Origin: Centroscyllium fabricii
Taxonomy: Eukaryota
NCBI GenBank assembly: GCA_051313645.2
Contig: JBNRSN020000001.1
Location: 523,714,001 to 523,778,000 of the forward strand
DNA: 64,000 nt
Direction of reading: 5' to 3'
Below are positions 58,395 to 64,000 of this stretch, piece after piece. Numbering within the stretch: the stretch's first letter is position 1; the number at the start of each line of letters is the position of its first letter. Under the pieces are notes generated by a model, which was not told the origin of the DNA, made no database searches, and saw nothing but the letters and a program-made list of their open reading frames with translations. The position numbers and the translations under genes were made by a program.

Positions 58395-60198
58395 CTATTC
58401 TATATAAGCAGCCCTGGGTGCGCAGTGATGCTCCCTGTCCCTGGAGAAGAAGCCTGACAGCGAGGGAATCCCAACTAAAGTAGTCCCGTTGCTGGCAATA
58501 ACGTTTACATTTCTGGCATGTTTATTATTTTCTTCTGTTAAAAAAAATGGAACAATATGGAAGAGAAATAATTTCCCCTTGAAGTGAGTTCCCCTTTTAA
58601 AGGCAACGTACTTGGTAGAATTCTAAATATAACCAAAACACATCTACAAATTTCTAAAATAAGTAATTTCTGCCTTACCAGCTAAAGTGCTCAGTCAGTC
58701 TTGTCACTGTAAAATGCATTTTGCTAAGTGAGTTACTTTCTGTTTGGTGCTCATCAGCTGCACATTTTGTTGCAAGGCCAAAGATACATCTTTTTCCTCC
58801 TAAAACACTCATGTAATTGGTAACTCTTTACTCTACTGAAAAGGTCATAACCCTTCCATTAAAATGTGGATTCTATATCAAAGTCTAAAAGCATGAATCC
58901 TACAATTAAATAAAGAAGATTTCATTTTATCTATTCCAGCAGTTATAATCCTCGAGTCCAAAGCTGACTTTTGTTCTAATGTATTAGTCTGACACTTTAT
59001 TCTGTAAGTAAGATACCGGAGGGCTGTTACTTATCAACTCCAATTACAGACAGGGAGACAGAATCATTACAGCACTGAGTTCTCGCAGGCCTCGCGAAAC
59101 TCAAAGCGAGCTGCAAATTATCACTGAGTCATTGCTGATTGAGGCTAGTAAATGTTTGTTGAAAAGTTTACCACTCATAGTTAAAGTCTCGACATTTTCG
59201 ATTATGAGCAATACAATCCATACAGCTCAAAAATACCCACAGACATTTAATGTTGCTTTTGCGTCATGCAATATGACACACCATTTCCTGCCTTAGTAAT
59301 AGCTTAATAAACATAAACAACTATAATGCATCTACAAAACCTGAATCAAGCTGTTCCTACTCTATCGACTAGCTAAAGTGTTAAATTAACCTCCTCATTG
59401 CTGAATTTATTACAGTTTGCTTGTTATAAATCTAGTCTAATCCTATAACTTATGTTCTGATTATACTGATCTCTGATATCTTAAATCTAGGCTAAGAATT
59501 TGTTTCCAATGCTTCGTTAACTGACTTACTCTGTTTACACTTGGGCTGATAACTGGCAAGGAACATTCGCACCACACAAGTGCCAGGCAATGACTATCTC
59601 CAACAATGATGTGGAGGTGCCGGTGTTCAATCCCCCTAACACTAAGGGTCAATTTATCCTGGCCAATCAACCTAACCTGCACATCTTTGGACTGTGGGAG
59701 GAACCGGAGCACCTGGAGGAAACCCACGCAGACACGGGGAGTATGTGCAAACTCCACACAGATAGTCACCTGAGGCCGGATTTGCACCCGTGCCCCTAGC
59801 GCTGTGAGGCAACAGTGGTAACCACTATGCCACTGTGCCGCCCATAGCGTGTAGCGTGACATGAAACCAAGATCCCGGTTGAGGCCGTCCTCATGAGTGC
59901 GGAACTTGGCTATCAGTTTCTGCTCGACGATTTTGCGTTGTCGTGTGTCTCGAAGGCCACCTTGGAGTCACACGACAACGCAAAATCGCATCTGCAACAT
60001 TTGACCCCTTGTGACCCCACCTCATTGTTCTTTGATGTAATGTTTTCCTGACTGACCTGTCTGGACACCATTTACACCTTTGACTGCTGTGATTATCTCT
60101 CTGCCGAGGTGTGATAAAGGGCAGTTAGAAAGATTACCTGTAATCATCTAGCAGTGTTCTCTGACTATATATGCTGTACCTATATGCATCTCTTCACT

Positions 60199-60235
60199 TC
60201 ACCTGACGAAGGAGCAGCGCTCCGAAAGCTTGTGA
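60199..60235 (+). ncRNA. Minimal type I hammerhead ribozyme motif (family A), intact
   Basis: tcac-CTGACGA-a-ggagc agc gctcc-GAAA-gc-tt-gtga; predicted cleavage after 60231. Confidence 0.78.
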
Positions 60236-60236
60236 T

Positions 60237-60781
60237 ATCTTTCCTAAGGAATTTCCTAAGGAAGCTGAAAAGGGCCAAGCTGACATCTGGCATCCTCACC
60301 AACGTCTACCGCTTCCCGATCGAAAGCATACTGCCAAGCTGCATCACAGTCTGGTATGGAAACTGCACCATCTCGGACCGGAAGGCCCTGCAGTGGGTAG
60401 TCAAGACTGCCCAACGAATCACCGGCACCCAGCTACCATCAATTGAATGCACCTATCTCAAACGCTGCCTACGGAGGTCTCAGAACATTATTAAAGACCC
60501 CACACACCCCAGCCATAGTCTGTTCACCCCGCTGCCCTCCGGGAGACGCTACAGATCAATTCGCACCCGCACGACTAGATTCAAGAACAGCTTCTTCCCC
60601 AAGGCTGTCAGTCTCCTGAATTCTAACAAAAAGCTCCAGGATCCGCACACCTGAAACGTACTTTATTGTATGCAATTGTATGTAACTTATTTGCACTACT
60701 CTCGGGAGCGGCGAGTCTTCATTTCATTGTATTGTACTAGGACACTGCAATGGCAATAAAATTGAATTGAATTGAATTGAA
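60237..60781 (+). mobile_element. Rex1/Babar LINE 3' fragment
   Basis: Highly similar to 19900-20424; TSD TTGTGAT (60230-60236, 60782-60788). Confidence 0.87.
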
Positions 60782-61949
60782 TTGTGATTTCTAATAAAGC
60801 TGTTGGACTGTAACGGGGTATTGTGTGACTTCTTACATATCTCCAACAAGTGAGAGTCTAACCACCGCCCCATGACATTGAACGGCATAACCATTGCCAA
60901 TCCCCCACCATTGACGAGAAACTTAACTGGACCAGCCATATAAATAATGTGGCTACAAGAGCAGGTCAGAGGCTGGGTATTCTGCAGCGAGTGTCTCACC
61001 TCCTGACTCCCCAAAGCCTTTCCACCATCTGCAAGGCACAAGTCAGGAATGTGATGGAATACTCTCCACTTGTCTGGATGAGTGCAGCTCCAACAACACT
61101 CAAGAAGCTCGACACCATTCAGGACAAAGCAGCCCGCTTGAGTGGCACTCCATCCACCACCTTAAACATTCACTCCCTCCACCATCGGCGCACCGTGGCT
61201 GCAGTGTGTACCAGCTACAAGATGCACTGCAGCAACTCGCCAAGGCTTCTTTGACGATTACTCCCAAACCTGTAACCTCTTCCACCTAGAAGGACAAGGG
61301 CAGCATACGTATGGGAGCACCACCACCTCCAAGTTCCCCTCCAAGTCACACACCATCCTGACTTGGAAGTATATCGGCCGATCCTTCATCATCGCTGGGT
61401 CAAAGTCCTGGAACTCCCTCCCTAACAGCACTGTGGGGGCACCTTCACCACACGGACTGCAGTGGTTCAAGAAGGCAGCTCACCACCACCTTCTCAGGAG
61501 CAACTAGGGATGGGCAATAAATGCTGGCCTTGCCAGTAATGCCCACTGTTGTGTCTCCTAGCGCTCGTAGTGCTTTGTAAAGATGACTCTGGACTCAGTA
61601 GTTTGATTTTATTATCTTGGTACTTTACTTATTACAAATGGCTGCTCCCTCATGGTGCGGGGTGATACATCCAACTGCCTGTGAGACGGCTGCAGCACTT
61701 CTTTTCCAGCACCGTAGTGCTGCTGTTTGATTTAGGTGTTAGTACACGTGTATAAAGTAGTCCCACAAATAACTATGTAACATCCTCTTTCCCAACAAAA
61801 CTAATTACATCAATTTCTATATTACAAATGTTTACAGCTAACTAACGTTAACAAACTACAGAAACGTGAGCTTTCTTTGCTCATTTTATATACAGATATT
61901 TGTCCATGTTCTTTTACTGTTCCGTATGAATTATATTTGTCTTATATAA

Positions 61950-63996
61950 TTATTCGCGATACCGCTCAGGTGGTTGTATGTTACTCCTCCATCTTGTGGA
62001 CTTGGTTGCAACTATTCCTTTCTGCGGTGTTTCGGTGTGTTCTTTTCTTGTTTTCGGTGCTGTCTTGTTTTGCTCAGGAGAGTGCATGTTTGCAGTTGTT
62101 GTCTTTGATGTGTTTGTTTCTGGTGTTATATTGTTGTCCGTGTCTGGCATCATATCTGCTGTTAATGTTGTCCGCTGTTTGGCCACTTCAGGTGAGGGCC
62201 TGATATGGATCCTGTTTCTCCTGTATTGGTTCCCAGGTTCTGTCTCTACCAAGTTGGATTTTGGAGTGTCAGCTTTTCCAATAACCTTGGCTGAACTCCA
62301 TGTTTTCTGTCACAGATGGCATTCCCCTTTAAGGAATCCATTTTGAATTTCAGGTTTTGTTCTCTGTTTTGGTTCATTGTACCTCAATTAACTGTTCACA
62401 TACCTGTGTGTTCCTGGTTCTCAATACCTGCATCTTATTGGTTTGCACTAATGAATCTTGTTTGCCTGATCGGCTTATAAGCTGGGTGCTTAGACCAGGC
62501 AAGTGCCGGATCATTCTACTTACTACTTGTTACTACGAACTACTGGAAGGAGTGGTTGCTGTCTGAGCTCCTAGAGAGGCAATGGGTTTGGGCGTTCCCC
62601 TGCCTTGTAGATGATGTATTCTCTTCTGGAAACTCGGGTAGAGTGAGTCTTAGCTGTGGAGCGGACTTCGGAGAACTACGGTTGTCTACATTCTGGACAT
62701 TGCACTCTGCCACCTGGGCTCAGGTTTGGACATTCCATTAGTTAAGTAAGGGCGTTCCCCTGCTAAGTAGATCAAGTATTCTCGTTCTGTGAACTCCGTT
62801 GGGTTGAGTCCCCGCGGTGGAGCGGACTTTGAAGAAATCCTGGTTCTACTTCCTGGACATTGGTCGTTATCACCCGAACTAAGGTTTGGACATTTCAGTA
62901 GAGTATGTGGGGAGTTTCCTTGTTTGTAAAGATGGATTCTTCCTCTGAAGACTCCGTTGGAGTGAGTCCCTGCTGTAGGGCGGACTCGGGAGTATTCCTA
63001 ATTCAACAGCCTGGATTTTGCTAACCACAACCTGTCGAAGTTTTGTACCAGTTCGGAAAGGAACTTGTTTTTCTGTATCTAACTAATTGTATACCATTTA
63101 ATTATGTATTGTAACTTTATGAATGTATGCATGTATGTTTGTTATTACAGCAGTTTTTGTATATAAAGGAATTTAAGGACCTAGACAGTTTTATCAGTGT
63201 CTTGCATTTGGGCCCCACACCCCACCGTTACAGTTTTTGACAACGGATCTTGTATGTGCACTGACTCTCCATTTAGCAGCTCCGGTAGTAGTTTTGCATG
63301 CTTGTTATAGTGTGTGCTCCCTGTAGCTTGTGTTTCCATCAGCTTCTGCCAAAGGTCTTCTTGGTCCTGGGGAGGGTATATCTTTGCTGGTAGAGTAGTT
63401 CTGTATCGTCTACCGTTCAGTAGTTCTGCTGGTGACTTTGAGTCTGTTCTCAAGGGTGTCGGTCTGAGTGCCAAAAGGGCGAGGTCTTGGTCCTCTCCCA
63501 TCTCCTTGCTTTTAATGAGAGCTCTTTTGACTGTTTGGACCTGCCTTTCAATAAAACCATGTCCCCTTGGGTAATGTGGGGATGACGTTATTATTTTAAA
63601 TCCGTATTTTCCAGCGAGTGCTCTGAATTCGCTGGAGGTGAATTGTGTCCCATTGTTGCAGATGACCTTCTCTGGGATGCCCTGTTCTGCGAATAAGTTT
63701 TTTGCAATTTTTGTGAATGTTGTGGCTCTCATGTCGTTTATTCTACTGACAAAAGGAAATTTTGAGTAGTAGTCTGTGACTATGATGTACCACTCCTGGT
63801 TGCACATGAACAGATCTGCTCCAACCGTGTGCCATGGTCTTGGGGGTACTTCCATTTGAATCATCTCCTCCTTCTGCTGTGGGTTTTGGTATTTCTGGCA
63901 TATGCTGCATGTGGAGACCATTTGTTCTATGCTTTTGTACATGTCTATCCAGTACACCGCTGATCTGGCTGTTAGTTTACATTTCTCCATCCCCAT
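61950..63996 (-). pseudogene. Gypsy-4 integrase, interrupted by a solo LTR
   Basis: CSICQ Zn-finger, GADLF, DYYSKF, ERQVQT; DPLSKT|WSSAKV...YRRNRIHIRP rejoin across 62308-63232. Confidence 0.85.
62308..63232. mobile_element. Long solo LTR (925 bp) with three diverged internal repeats of about 160 bp
   Basis: TGTCAC...GTTACA ends; GTTTTC/GTTTTT flanks; splits an integrase reading frame. Confidence 0.75.
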
Positions 63997-64000
63997 ATGG

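Larger units (their letters stand above)
59607..60838. mobile_element. Decayed palindromic Penelope-like insertion 3 (family A), with a SINE fragment (59628-59843) and a Rex1 insert
   Basis: 12-bp TSD TATCTCCAACAA (59595-59606, 60838-60849); minus-strand ORF end EQKLIAKFRTHEDGLNRDLGFMSRY; fold-back junction at about 59967. Confidence 0.8.
59545..61546 (+). mobile_element. CR1/L2-group LINE 3' part, split by Penelope insertion 3
   Basis: KAQVRNVMEYSPLVW motif; sequence resumes after the TATCTCCAACAA duplication. Confidence 0.8.
61547..64000 (-). mobile_element. Gypsy LTR retrotransposon 4 (Mag-like), 3' part; continues beyond the window end
   Basis: 3' LTR 61547-61782 (TG..CA), PPT GGGAAAGAGGA, integrase ORF. 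Confidence 0.88.

Noticed and set aside
40621-60838. All three fold-back Penelope copies have the tail on the left
   Set aside because: With three copies a shared orientation is expected by chance one time in four.

Overview
Vertebrate nuclear DNA, most likely a cartilaginous fish (inferred from HE1-like V-SINEs with CR1 tails, SacSINE1/Deu-domain SINEs, and abundant CR1/L2 LINEs). I could not recognise any host gene, tRNA/rRNA gene or CRISPR array; most of the window is nested transposable elements. It contains three full-length Gypsy LTR retrotransposons: two CsRn1-like copies with a tRNA-Trp PBS, and one with no tRNA PBS but a 14-nt self-complementary priming site. It also holds the 3' part of a fourth Gypsy element, several solo LTRs, CR1/L2/RTE/Rex1/RTEX LINE fragments, several SINE families, pogo/Tigger-like and Harbinger-group MITEs, and two minisatellite regions. 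The most striking structures are three fold-back (palindromic) Penelope-like insertions that carry minimal type I hammerhead ribozyme motifs and an asymmetric tail, and the putative self-priming Gypsy element. Coordinates were read by eye and may be off by a few bases at repeat boundaries.
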